Shown: one piece after another, positions 28,324-42,063 of the stretch
How the letters are laid out: each line of letters begins with the position of its first letter
How positions within the stretch are numbered: position 1 is the stretch's first letter
Source of the DNA: Octopus vulgaris
Lineage: Eukaryota
NCBI GenBank assembly: GCA_951406725.2
Contig: OX597828.1
Coordinates: forward strand, 22,878,001-22,942,000
Direction of reading: 5' to 3'
Length of the DNA stretch: 64,000 bases
Translations under genes and position numbers: made by a program
Notes under the pieces: generated by a model
Seen by the model: the letters and a program-made list of their open reading frames with translations, nothing else
What the model was told of the DNA's origin: nothing
The model's database searches: none

Positions 28324-29654
28324 AGAGAGAGTGTGTGAGAGAGAGCGAGAGTGTATGCGTCTGTATGTGTACGTGCTTGCGCGCGAAACACTTTGCGCTT
28401 CACAATCTGTGTTGTTCTAACATAGTAGTTAGACAGAATTTCATGCCTGGGTTGATATCAAATCTTAAATTACAAAACCACTGTTAATTTAGTCTACAAA
28501 CCATTGCAATACGTGGTCCAGAATGATGGCAAATCCCTAATGATCGGATGCATATGACAGAAAACGTAGAACTTTCAACTTTCTTCATGTCAGAGAAGGC
28601 ATGGTCACTTGTGAATCGAATTTTGGAATTAACTGTCAACTATTTCTTCAAAGAATTGTCATGTACTCTACTAAATGATAAAAAATTACGAGAAAATAGT
28701 TGTTTAATACAGGCGTGAGGCCATGATTTTGCCGTTATCAGAGCTGCCTTCTTTTTTGTTTGTTTGTGCGTCAGTGTGCATATGTGTGTACGTATGTATG
28801 CATGTATACAATCTTAAATTTCGACGTATCATGTAATAGTATGTTTGCCTCAAAGGAAGACCTCAAGCAAGAATCTACGTAGTGATTGGATCATACCTAC
28901 ATAGACAGCCTTTAGACATACGTACGAATACAAAATTCTAAATGAACGATCAAGTAATTGATACAAAACAGGAAAAATAGGAATGTTTTGGGTGCTATTT
29001 AGACCTAAAGGGGGATATTTACGTCTCGATATATGCTGAGATCAAAACCCGCTGACTTCAGCTTTATCTCTTCGGGGTCGATAACATAGACTATCGCATT
29101 ACTATTTTGTCTATTGTGGTCTTGTGCCTACATCAAACATTTCTTTTCTTAACATTTTCTCGCTGCCGTTTTCCCAGATATGTATATAGTTATCAATATT
29201 TTCCTCTAAATTAATCTGACAAATTGTATATATATATATATGTGTGTGTGTGTTTGTGTGTGTGTGTATGTATGTATACTCATATGTATATACATGTATA
29301 TATACGTATATAAATACACAAAAAAAAAAAACGCATATATATGAAGAGAAATTTTTGTTGTACAGACGTATATGTGTGCGTGTGTGCACGAATAATTCTC
29401 TCACCGTTCCTTTCGGAGACAATCGTATTAAGTCGATTTAAATACAATTCTTAGACTGTATATCCTGAAGGTAAAATGTCACACGTTACGCCTGTTGTAA
29501 AGCAGAAAGAAACATGAGATTAAATTCTTCTTCTTCTTCTTCTTCTTCTTCTTCTTCTTCTTCTTCTTCGATTCTTCTTCTTCTTCTTCTTCTTCTTCTT
29601 CGATTCTTCTTCGACTTCTTCGATCCTTCTTCTTCTTCATGTAATAATAATAAC

Positions 29655-29693
<39 letters not shown>

Positions 29694-29694
<1 letters not shown>

Positions 29695-30495
29695 GCAAGA
29701 GCACCCAGAGAGCGCAAGCCTCTGCCAAGACAACACCAATGTCCTCTCAACGATAAGCCGGAAAATGGTTTATAAAATGAGAATATCTGAAATAAACTGG
29801 AGTGCTCTGACAAACGAGAATACTAAAAATGAACCTGACCACACTCAAATGGGAAAATAATCCATATATATATATATAATGAGTGAAAGGTGAAGGGAGA
29901 GGAGATGAATTACTAATATATTGAAGGAGGAGTAGTGTGAAACATTATCCAAGGAGTGGTTGTGTGGTAAGTAAGTTGCTTACCAACTACATGGTTCCGG
30001 GTTCACCTTGAGCAAGTGTCTTCTACAAAAGACTCGAGCCGACCAAAGCCTTGTGAGTAGATTTGGTAGACGGAAACTGAAAGAAAGCCCGTTGTATGTA
30101 TATATGTGTGTGTATGTGTATGTGTATGTTGTGTGTCTCTGTTTGTGCCCCCATCATCGCTTGACAACCAATGCCGGTGTGTTTACGTACCCGTAACTTA
30201 GCAGTTCGATAGATAGGTACTATGCTTACAATGAATAAGTTCTGGGCTCGATTTGCACGACTACAGGCGGTGCTCCAGCATGGCCACAGTCAAATAACTA
30301 AAACAAGTAAACGAATAAACGAGCATCCTTGTCCAGTACCGGATCGAACCCAAATTCTAATGAGACTGTGCCAGTCACAAAGTGAAATATTCCTGAAAAC
30401 GTCATCCGGATCCATCCAACGGTTCTTAAGATATCTTGTCCACAGACAAATAAACATGACTGAAACAATACGTCCGTCTTCAGTAAGGCGGGAGG

Positions 30496-30498
<3 letters not shown>
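29694..30498 (-). mobile_element. Helentron-associated (HINE/DINE-1-like) element interrupted by a SINE
   Basis: 29694-29863 and 30323-30498 are collinear with the reverse complement of 31256-31635. Confidence 0.8.
29952..30320 (+). mobile_element. SINE family A nested in the HINE
   Basis: GTGGTAAGTAAGTTGCTTACCAACTACATGGTTCCGGGTTCA...GACCAAAGCCTTGTGAGTAGATTTGGTAGACGGAAACTGAAAGAA...CCAGCATGGCCACAGTC. Confidence 0.9.
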
Positions 30499-30563
<65 letters not shown>

Positions 30564-30564
<1 letters not shown>

Positions 30565-31111
30565 GCAGTACCAGGCAGTGGCTCTCATGGCTTCTGATCT
30601 TAACTGATTGGTAGTGTTATCATGTACATTGTTTTGTCTTGGTATAAAAGATGGCCTACAGCAAATATTCTGCTCAATACCACAGATTTGCTTGTCAGTT
30701 GTTTGACCTTAACCAGTTGAGCATGTCCCTTAGTGGCTGACGATATGTGCATCTCTGATCACGAGCAGAAGTAGTGGGGGAGCATCATAGCCATGTGTTG
30801 AGAGGGATTCTTTGGGGTTTGAATAGTTCACCTCTGGAAACATGGGTGGTTCTTTCAACATCCTTAAACAGCCCTTATTCAGGAACCTTTTGAGCGGGAT
30901 GGGCTACTCAACCTGAAGAAAATTCTAACTGGGCCCCACCTGCAAGGTCATGTGCTGTTTAATCTTGATATGAGATCACCATGTCGCGCACATATGGTTG
31001 TGATGCATGTGCCTGGTGTACCCTTATCAGACGGGTAGTCATGATGGGTATATTGGGCTTCGTATATTTTACCCCAGTGTCACTTTGATGGCATGAACTG
31101 CTCTCTCACTC
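30564..31111 (+). mobile_element. TAA-embedded non-coding retroelement or LINE 3' UTR (about 550 bp)
   Basis: (TAA)n on both sides; homologues at 15722 (+) and 44762-45254 (-); no ORF. Confidence 0.85.
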
Positions 31112-31127
31112 AATAATAATAATAATC

Positions 31128-31205
<78 letters not shown>

Positions 31206-31255
31206 AAGAAGAAGAAGAAGAATTATGAGTAGTATCATCGTCGTCGTTATTATTA

Positions 31256-31635
31256 TTATTACCTCTGCCATAGCGAAGGCGTAGGTATTAATTTTAGTGA
31301 TGTTTGTTTATTTCTTTATCTGATCGTAGACAAGATATCTCAGGAACCGTTGAGTGGATAGGGATGAAATTTTCGGGGATGTTAGGGCATGTGACTGGCA
31401 CGAATTGATTAGATTTTCAGATAGATCCGGTACCGGACAAGGATTCTGGATAATTTTTCCTGCTTTGTTTCAAATTATTTTTTGAGAGCGGTCGGGTTCA
31501 TTTTTAGTATTCTCGTTTGCGAGAGCAGGCGAGTTTATTTCAGATATTCTCATTTTAAAAATCATCTGTGGTTAATCGTTGAGAGTACGTTGGTGTTACA
31601 TTGGCGGAGGGTTTGCGCTCTCTGAATGCTTTTGT
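31256..31635 (+). mobile_element. Helentron-associated (HINE/DINE-1-like) element
   Basis: 5' subTIR hairpin ACCTCTGCC...GGCGTAGGT, GTTT simple repeat, 3' subTIR GGCGGAGG, terminal stem-loop GCGCTCTCTGAATGC, T-rich flanks. Confidence 0.8.
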
Positions 31636-31661
31636 CATTATTATTGCTAGTATTATTACTA

Positions 31662-31741
<80 letters not shown>

Positions 31742-31852
31742 GCTATTATTACTATCATTATTATTAGTAGTAATACTATTACGTCCACCACATCTTGTTG
31801 GGCGATTTGACACAATATGGCTTCTAACTGTGTTTGCTGATTTTCTTGCTTG

Positions 31853-31883
<31 letters not shown>

Positions 31884-31991
31884 CTTTATATCATTTTGTG
31901 TCTTATTCTTTTTAGTTATACAATTTCTTATATCTATACACAAGAATTCCACTATCGTACATATATATGTGTGCGTGTGTGTCTGTGTGTG

Positions 31992-32042
<51 letters not shown>

Positions 32043-32279
32043 CCCAGATGAACATATGTATATGCATGTATCTATGTATGGATATATGTTGTGTATTGCA
32101 ATTAGATTGGGGAACCTAAACAACTGTAACTCTATTCATTTATTTTTTCCTAAATGTATTATATTATGTATCTGTCCAACATTTCTTTGGGCATTTTCTC
32201 ATTTTGCTTGTAGTAGTTCATTTCATATTTTCGGACCTGTCCTGTTTTTTTATATGTTATTATTATCATTATTATTATA

Positions 32280-32327
<48 letters not shown>

Positions 32328-32331
32328 GTTA

Positions 32332-32411
<80 letters not shown>

Positions 32412-32985
32412 ATTTCTTTTCGAAATTTGTCTGCAGGTTCAATATTGCTTTTCCAAAAAAAAAAAAAGATAGTAGATATAATAAAATGAAATATAGCTCA
32501 CATCATCGCCCATTCATTCACTATTTATACGGTTTTATAACTAATTCCAGTCTTGTTTACACCGTTGACAAACACTTCTATTCAGTATGTCATGAGATAC
32601 TAGAAAATATAAAAGAAACTAGGAAAAATATTTTCCCGAATATTCTTCTAGTAAAAGAATCATGTTTTAAGCTTATAGGGAATAATATGAAAAACAGTAA
32701 GAGGGGAAAGATTCAAGCCAGAACAACAATCAGATTCAGACAGTTTTATCAAAATATTCATAAAAAATTCTGCATGCACTTCGCCTCCCTGCCATTTCAA
32801 TATGCGCCATTTTAAATGGCCGACCGAATAAAAACGATTAGTATAAGTTTGAAATCACTATTGATAACTGTAACGTCTCCAACTATATTTGAAAAGCAAT
32901 AACATTGATATTAATAAGAATAATAATGAATATGGTATTAATAATAATATTCATAGTAATAACTTTGGGGATTGATAATAATAAT

Positions 32986-33017
<32 letters not shown>

Positions 33018-33402
33018 GGAAGCACTCCGTCGGTTACGACGATGAGGGTTCCGGTTGATCCGAATCAACGGAACAGCCTGCTCGTGAAATTAACGTGTAA
33101 GTGGCTGAGCACTCCACAGACACGTGTACCCTTAACGTAGTTCTCGGGGATATTCAGCGTGACACAGAGAGTGACAAGGCCGGCCCCTTGAAATACAGGT
33201 ACAACAGAAACAGGAAGTAAGAGTGAGAGAAAGTTGTGGTGAAAGAGTACAGCAGGGATCACCACCATCCCCTGCCGGAGCCTCGTGGAGCTTTTAGGTG
33301 TTTTCGCTCAATATACACTCACAACGCCCGGTCTGGGAATCGAAACCGCGATCCTATGACCGCGAGTCCGCTGCCCTAACCACTGGGCCATTGCGCCTCC
33401 AC
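33018..33402 (-). mobile_element. Young tRNA-derived SINE, family D, inserted in (AAT)n
   Basis: A box TGGCCCAGTGG and B box GTTTCGATTCC on the minus strand; about 5 differences from 58830-59214. Confidence 0.95.
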
Positions 33403-33942
33403 AATAATAATAATAACCACAATGGTTATGCTTATGTCTTTCAATGAGCATAAGGCCAGCTAGAGGTTATTGAAGATAAGAACAAGTTTTGAGTATTTCT
33501 TTACTGGGTGTTTTACTGTTACTTCCCACCATTTTCGATGTTACGTTTGAGAATTAATTTACCCTCCTTCTTCTTGTCCATCGCCGCCACCTCATCATAA
33601 TCATCATCATCATCATCATCATTAATTATAAATTACTAGGATGGATTGTAATAATTGTTACTTCCCAGGGATATTCTTGTATTAGACTGAAGTTAAAAAT
33701 CGTCATCAATTTACATTTCAATGAATGCTCTCAGAGACATTTAGCGTGTTGATACACGAATTTCAATTCTTGGTATTGGTTTAAATGTCGTTTTGAGGAA
33801 AACGATATCTGACAGAAATATGACTTCATTGGAAATGTAAAAGAAATACAAAAGGAATCATGTAAACGCAACATAAGATATGCCAAACCCCAAAATTATT
33901 ATCTCTGCAGAAACTCTAAAAGCTCATTCAAGTTATCCGTGA

Positions 33943-33973
<31 letters not shown>

Positions 33974-35520
33974 CATACATACATACATACATACATACAT
34001 ACATACATACATACGTATAGATTTGCATATATGCATCCAACATGCACAAACATACAATCCCACATATATGTACATATTTTATGAATTTCGCCCATGTTTT
34101 CATTGCGCTTATTTGTTGTTATATCAGTGTAGCTTATAATCAATTCAAACTTCCGTTCTTTATGTTACTTGTTTAAATAAAGACTTGAATAAATAGAGTA
34201 TTCAGAGATGGATGTCTACAGTTTCGCAGGTGAAAGATCACCTACATGTTTGGTAAGACTGTATCTTGGAGTGATGTAAGAATGAATCCAGTGGAGCATA
34301 TGAGTAAAAGGCATAACCTGTCATGTGTCACAACTTCTCAGCTTATTCCCACTAAGAGGGAATTGAATGTGGAATGAAATTTCGGTTTCTGAGTACTTAA
34401 TGGATGATATATCCTTCTAAATCCACACAACAACTGATTAAATGCTGGATATCTTCCAGCAATGCTAAACGGCTTTAAAATTAGATTTAAATAGATTTAT
34501 ACAGTGAAGAGCACCTATACTAATCTGAACGAAATATCGAAACTCACATGTCCAATCTTAAATGCTTTTCGGTTTTTAGCATTTAAGCATATACTGAGAG
34601 ATTGCGTGGGAAGATTAAATATTGAAAGTTACACACCAAAACAATGCGATCACCAGGGAATTCTCTATTTTCATCAAGTTCCTAGATTTTATATGTTGTT
34701 TTTACGCATCGGTCGATTCCACTGCTTGTAGCGATGACTTGTTTCTCCAGCCGTTCAACTGCTTATTGGATAACAGGTTAAAACGGGAAGTCATAGCTGT
34801 CACAAGTCATTCCAAATTATTGCAACGAAATACTTGTAAGCCAGAAATATACGACATCATCCACATAGAATTAAGTAGAAGTCTAAAAGCAGTAGATAGG
34901 TTTTATTTTCATCAGATCCTTATATGTTGAATAATTCACTTTGAAATTGATAGTGCTACTGCAGATGCTACAGGAGACTATGTCTCCTGTCATTAAGTCT
35001 GATCAACCATATTTACATGTGTGCATCCGTGGACAAACTTTCGGAGAACGACTGGATGTTTTGCTTAGAAACAAGTAGTTTCGTCCCTACGCCACCGATA
35101 TTTATCCGTGGAACAGTTCACCGACCTGGTCCGATACAGTTTGGTGCGAGTTTGTCATCAGTTACAACAAAATAGTAAAATATTGAGATACAATGTAAGA
35201 CATCTTGTTGTGTGCCGAAGGAACTCCGCCTTACATCGCACTGGAGTGGAATATTGCAAACGACACCAAAAGTGTAATAGGTAAATTTTACCATCCCGCG
35301 ATTGGAGCTCAGGGAGGCAGAGTCAAAACATGTAGCACAGAGAATTTTATCTCTCCAACTCCCGAACTCCTCCGCCAATTCGCAGAATTATCGGTGAGAT
35401 AAAAAACGCGAAATACAAGATCCAAAATAATCACAAAATCTGTCACCAAGGAGAAAACTCAATTAAACAGATCTCAGTAAAACAAACTCAGATACTGACA
35501 TCATTCAGTCGATAAATATT

Positions 35521-35744
35521 CAACATTTTCGTGTCCAAACCGGCCATATCAAACACCAATTGTCTTTCTGTTTTATGTTTAAACTGGACAGATAAAGTCT
35601 CTCACACGTACCATACAATGTCATTCTAAGAGTAAACAATCACATCCTCAAAATCTCAAAGCTACGAGATAAGTCATGATTCATTTAAAACAATGTCAAA
35701 AATAGGCATTGCATTTGACAGAGTAAACTGAATGCTAAAGGGTT
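35521..35744. mobile_element. Non-autonomous DNA element (MITE) with a piggyBac-like end
   Basis: Right end AATGCTAAAGGGTT (reverse complement AACCCTTTAGCATT); left end decayed; family recognised from memory only. Confidence 0.5.
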
Positions 35745-36365
35745 GTATATCATGTCGCTATTGCAACTAAAAACTATTAGACGAAGAGCAAACTACACAA
35801 ATCTACAGAATCCTAGGATTACAAAAATCATGAAGAACCTATGTAAGATTCCGAGAAATATGGTATCGGGACTGTATAAGTAGCAACTGCTATCGTTGCT
35901 GTTGTTGTTCTAGTTATTCTTGTAGTTATCTGTTGGTCTCTTGTTATTCCTCATTCATTAGAGCTTGAAAGAATAGATTCCGACAGAGATAATTAGCATA
36001 TTTATTTAGATACTCTGTATATGGCACTATATTATTTAATGAAAACTAACATATTACAAGCACGTTGCGTAGGTGATTTCAGGGAAGTTTTGGTAAATTT
36101 TCATACAGACACTAACGTGAGGAGAAGGGTCTTCCGTTGATAAACTTTCAGAAGAGGTACACTGATATGCTGGGGCGATTATATCTACCAAAATCGTTTA
36201 TAGAGTGTGCCGCGACAGAACGTTTTAAAGTTCGATAAGCGATTGACATAGAAAATAGAGAACAGAAGCTAAGAATAAGAAGACATGCATATCTGTATAG
36301 TATGCATATGCACACGTTTTCACATGAGATATATACATACGTTTATAAACACACATACACACATA

Positions 36366-36400
<35 letters not shown>

Positions 36401-36509
36401 CACATGTATGCATACGAAGAGGCCCACACACGCACACACATATATGTTTTCATATATACATACTTACATATATATGTATGTATGTATATATATATATATA
36501 TATATATGT

Positions 36510-36549
<40 letters not shown>

Positions 36550-37107
36550 GTATGTATGTATATATTTAGAAACATATAATGATTGGTTTCAAATAAATGT
36601 TTTCATTCAAACAAGATGATATCTTACACATCAGAATATTTATCGAAACGAAAATAAAAGTCCACAAAAGCACTCAACACCACTACTCTCCATGCCCAAA
36701 TAGTGTAAAACCAAATATGGAAATATATTTATTTATTTATTTATTAATTATTTCTTTTATTATTTTTAGAATTATCAAAAGTACAATCGTCTGAAGAATT
36801 ACCATAATGGGAAGCAGTAGACCACATTTAATTTACGTTAAATACAGAAACGGAATACTTTAGGAACATACACACAAACACACATACACGCATACATCTC
36901 CCACACACACACTCACACTGGCACAAACGCACACACAAATGTGTGATAATTACGTATATATATATATATATATATATGTATATTTATTGATATGTATATA
37001 TACACATGTATACGTAAATACATACATGAACAAAGGTATGTTCGTAAATCTATATATTTCTTTGTACGTATATACAAATATGTGTACATATATCCATATA
37101 AATAAAT

Positions 37108-37141
<34 letters not shown>

Positions 37142-37659
37142 AACATATGAATAGAAATGCATATATTTGACAATTTTCGTTATCATTAATTATAGTTATA
37201 TGGACACAGTTATATATAAGTCTACCATTAATAATCACTCACACACACATATGTATACATACATGTACACACATACATACACACACACACACATATGTTG
37301 CGCACATCACGTTTTCCGTTCTTCTTTCTCTTTCTTTTCCCTCCCTTCCTCCATATGCGGCATATGTGTACGCATGCACACGTACATACATAGATATACG
37401 TAAACATATACATACACATATTTTTTTTTTCCAAATTTGGAATTTCGTATTATAAATTCCGTTTAAATTAGTTTTTTTTTTTTCTTGACTGCAATTTTAT
37501 GAGACAATTTATTATGCATATCTACTTGCTATTTTGCTTATTAACATTTGGAAGATATATAAGTATATGTGTTCTTTCACTAATGTCAATTATCTATGCA
37601 TATGAAATATATATATATACATTGTACATGCATACGTATCTGTATTTATGTATGTAGTT

Positions 37660-37728
<69 letters not shown>

Positions 37729-37925
37729 TGTATGTATGTATGTATGTGTGTATGTATGTGTATATATATATACATATATATATATATGAATACACACATG
37801 TACATGCATACATATCTGTATGTATATATGTATGTGTTTATGTATATGTATATATATATGTGTGTGTGTGACTGTGTGCTTGTGTGTGTATGTGTATAGA
37901 TATTTGTAAGTATATATTTATGTAA

Positions 37926-37982
<57 letters not shown>

Positions 37983-38974
37983 TATACATATATATATATA
38001 TATGGATGTATGTAAATGTCTGCATGTTATATACATGTAGTCTTTATGTATGCTCTTGTTATAGAAGCATACGCACATGAAACTCCATCCTGTACATAAA
38101 CCTAATACAGCGTAAGAAAATTATACATCATTGATTATATTTCGGAAAATATAATATAACTTATCATTTATACAACGGAGCTTATTTTTAAACGATTTTT
38201 ATTTAATATAAGTCACATTTATTATATATACTTCGTTTAGCTAATATACTGAACTATAAACAAATACATTGCATCTGTAGTTATAGTAATGTTTATCATC
38301 ATCGTAGCGTTGATATTCTAAACCAATCAACGGCATGTTATTTTTTGTATTCATGTTCCTCCCTTGATTAGATATAGTTTCTCTCATTCTCTTATTGCTG
38401 TCTCGTGTTATCTGTATTTTGTTTTTAACCATATTTTTTTTGTACTTGTGACCCATATTTTGCTCGTGGTAAAAATTTTGTATTCCTATTTGTATGTGTG
38501 CGAATATGCGTCTGTGTTTTTATGCATATGGGTCGCAGCATAGCTATAATGTATACGAGTAGGGACACAGACGTACACACTTACTCATACACACCCCATC
38601 ACACACCCATATTCACACATATAAATATGTGCGTGTAGATATAAATATATATATATATATGTATATATATATAATACAAATAAGAAAATGCAGGATGATG
38701 ATTGAAATAAATTTGTTCCTCCATTTTCTTATTTGTATTATGAATTTGAGGCAAAATATTTTACCTTCGCCCATCTAATACAATAAATGAATTAATTGCA
38801 TTGCAATTATAAGCATTTATGTATTTGGAATTTCGGTGCTTCACCAGCAGTATATTGGATAACTGATATCCCATAGTGGGTTACACTCATAACCCCTATC
38901 TCACTTTGTGTATATATATATATATTTATATACTTACACACACACATAGTCGTATATATTCGTGGTTTTTATAT

Positions 38975-39180
38975 TATTTTCAAATTTTGGCACAGGGACA
39001 GAAACTTCAGGGGTTTGGATAAGTTGATTCCATCGAGCCAAGTGCTCAACTGGTGCTTCTTTATCGACTCCAAAAGAATGAAAAGCAAAGTCGGACACCG
39101 CGGAATTTGAGCTGAGAGCATAAAGAGGAACGAAAGCCGTTAAGCATTTTGACCGACGTATTAAAGATTCTGCCGTCTTA
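38975..39180 (-). mobile_element. SINE family B
   Basis: TTTATCGACTCCAAAAGAATGAAAAGCAAAGTCG...CGGAATTTGAGCT...TTAAGCATTTTG. Confidence 0.8.
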
Positions 39181-40097
39181 CAGCCGTATTAAGGATTCTA
39201 GTATTGGTATTTTGAGACTATCTAGACACACCCTGTCTCATTCTGAAGTAAATGATGACATAAGGGAACGTAGGTATATTGGATCTACACCGAATTCAAA
39301 AGTATTCATTTAGTAAAAAATATTCCCACTGCATTAAAGCGTCTAGGATGTCTGACTTCCTTTCTACGATCCGGGGCTATCTTTTGAGACATTTTTGTGG
39401 GGAAAGAGTGCGCCCTATATGCCATCAAATACAGCATATATATGTACATATTGGCGTGTTGACTCTATATATGTACGCTTTGTTAACAAACAGCATCTTC
39501 ATAAATGTTACGTTTGACAAAAGGGACACAGAATCACGCTCATAAGTGTATATTATACTCCACTGAGGTTTGAAATTTAATATAGAATTGTTATCTAGGT
39601 TGTATCTAATTTCACGAAATTTTGACTTCTACACATCTGTTTTTATAACAACATTAGGCTGGGTCTTTACAATTTGTTTTATATTGAGGTCATGTTGAAC
39701 GCCAGCCATCGTTCCAAGCCCTACATAAGAAGCCGTATCTATTCAATGCTTCCGCTGACGTAATTTGATTTGTGGTCAAATAAATGGTACTTCTATCGTA
39801 GACGACACTTATAATGATCTGTATCAAAATATAGCAATGGTGCGTTTTGAATGGAATATGTGTAAAAGAAAGGATTTTCCCCATATTTGCAAATATATAT
39901 GTACGTTTTTAAGTAGCGATATGTATATGTATGTATGTATATGTATCTATATATATGTATAGGTATGTATGTATATATATATATGTATATATATGTATGA
40001 ATATATATATATAAATATGTATATATATATATGTATATATATACGTATGTATATGTATGTATGTATATATATATATATGTATATATCTATATGTATG

Positions 40098-40219
<122 letters not shown>

Positions 40220-40277
40220 GAAATGTACATCTATACATTTATGTATGCACATTTATTCCGTCACAAACACGAACACA

Positions 40278-40316
<39 letters not shown>

Positions 40317-40765
40317 GTATATATAATCAATATATTTATCAATTTCCTTTTAACCTATTTACTCACTCCTCTCTTTTAACTATGCACCCTATTCTCCTTT
40401 GCCTTATCTCTGATAAGATATGTTTGTATAACACTAAAGCCTTATACCCCCTCGTTCTTTAATTCTTTAATTCCTCTCCTTTCTCACTATTATGTTTTTG
40501 TTCGTTTATCAATTTATCGTACTTTGAAATATTCATGAACATCATAATGGTTTTCCTCCTTCACAATCAAAATTTCCAATCTACGAGTACACCAACACTC
40601 AATTTTCAGAACATTCATTTATGTTTTCTTCGCTCTCTTATTACTATTCCTCTATTCTCTAAAACTCACAATCGCCTACTCTAGCTGACGACAGTCCACC
40701 TTCATTCTGTCGTTCCGTCTCTCCATCTCACTGCCTATACTTCTCCCTCCGCCTCTCTGTCTCTC

Positions 40766-40805
<40 letters not shown>

Positions 40806-41163
40806 TCCTTTGTTTTATTCCATTTCCCTTCTTCTTATCAATTTTGCCAGCTTTGGTTTTACTCACAAAAAGTAAACATTTTGGTCATAGATTCCTCTCT
40901 TTCACTGTAACCCGTTGTGTTCCTGATATAGATACACATGTATGCACATACTAACAAAGAAACAAAATGTTTCTGTGTATCTGTTATATAGCCATCACCC
41001 ATATACATGTATTTCTGTGAATATATACATACAAACACACACATACATACACAGACATATATATATATGCATGTATATGTCGCTGTGTGTGAGTATATAT
41101 ATATATATATAAGAAATATTGAATTTCTAAATCTCTCGTAGAGACATGTAGGGTGGTGGGGTG

Positions 41164-41329
41164 ATAGAATGGTTGTATACTGTCAATCTAACAAGAACGT
41201 GACAGTAGGGGGTACACCACCGCTGTATAGCCCTAGGAAGCATCGAGGAGGCGTTCGATGCTTCCTAGGGCTATACAGCGGTGGTGTACCACCTACTGTC
41301 ACGTTCTTGTTAGATTGACAGTATACAAC

Positions 41330-41337
<8 letters not shown>
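41164..41337. repeat. Long hairpin: 83-bp arms, 8-nt loop, one mismatch
   Basis: 41164-41246 is the reverse complement of 41255-41337; loop GGAGGCGT. Confidence 0.97.
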
Positions 41338-41362
<25 letters not shown>

Positions 41363-42024
41363 ATCATTCTCTGCCTCTTTTGCAGTTTTTCATATTTTAT
41401 TAAATGGATTATGGTTCTGTTTGGCACCTACGCTTTTACCTCTCTTCCTGGTATTGCTTTTCTTCTGGAATTTTCTCATCGTCGTTCTTCATCTCTATAT
41501 TTGCTGCTTTTCCTGCTCATATTTCTTCCATTTTGATTAATTCGTCCAGTTTCTTTACTCCATTGCTCATTCACCCTGTCTCTCCCACCCTCCCTATATC
41601 TGCCTCCTCTCTCTCACCTCTCTCTCTCTCTCTCTCGTCATTCTCTGTTTCTTTCTCTCGCACATTTGCTGCGAAAACCTACGTAAGATTATTCTACTTA
41701 TTTCCATAATTTATACAAACGTGCGGGAAAATATGTGTATATAGTTATATATATATATATATATGCGTGTGTGTAGGTGGGTGTGAGTGCGTATATATGC
41801 ATATATAATAAAATGCAAAAGATCATAAAATCCATAAATTTCACATATATCAAAATTTAATTACTTTCAACACCTGTTTCATTAAGAATAAACAAAATTA
41901 AGTATTTAATTATGCAATTACGATACGTAAGCAGTAAAAATTAATTAAAAATTTGGTGAGCAAGAGTCATCAGAAATATTAACGTTGAAGTCAACATTTT
42001 ACGCTTTTTACTGATTAGAGAAAC

Positions 42025-42060
<36 letters not shown>

Positions 42061-42063
<3 letters not shown>

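Noticed and set aside
33330-33402. tRNA gene (also 59142-59214)
   Set aside because: A/B boxes are present but there is no complete cloverleaf; it is the head of a SINE
35260-35380. ORFs 35118-35378 and 35205-35402 as genes
   Set aside because: Overlap what looks like a highly decayed minus-strand family-B SINE; no protein motif
36789-36823. CTGAAGA-hairpin-GAAG-CAG-TA hammerhead-like string
   Set aside because: Core is mutated and stems are too short to exceed chance
39765-39900. Short ORF ([21 protein letters not shown]) as a host exon or transposase start
   Set aside because: No recognisable family and no convincing splice sites
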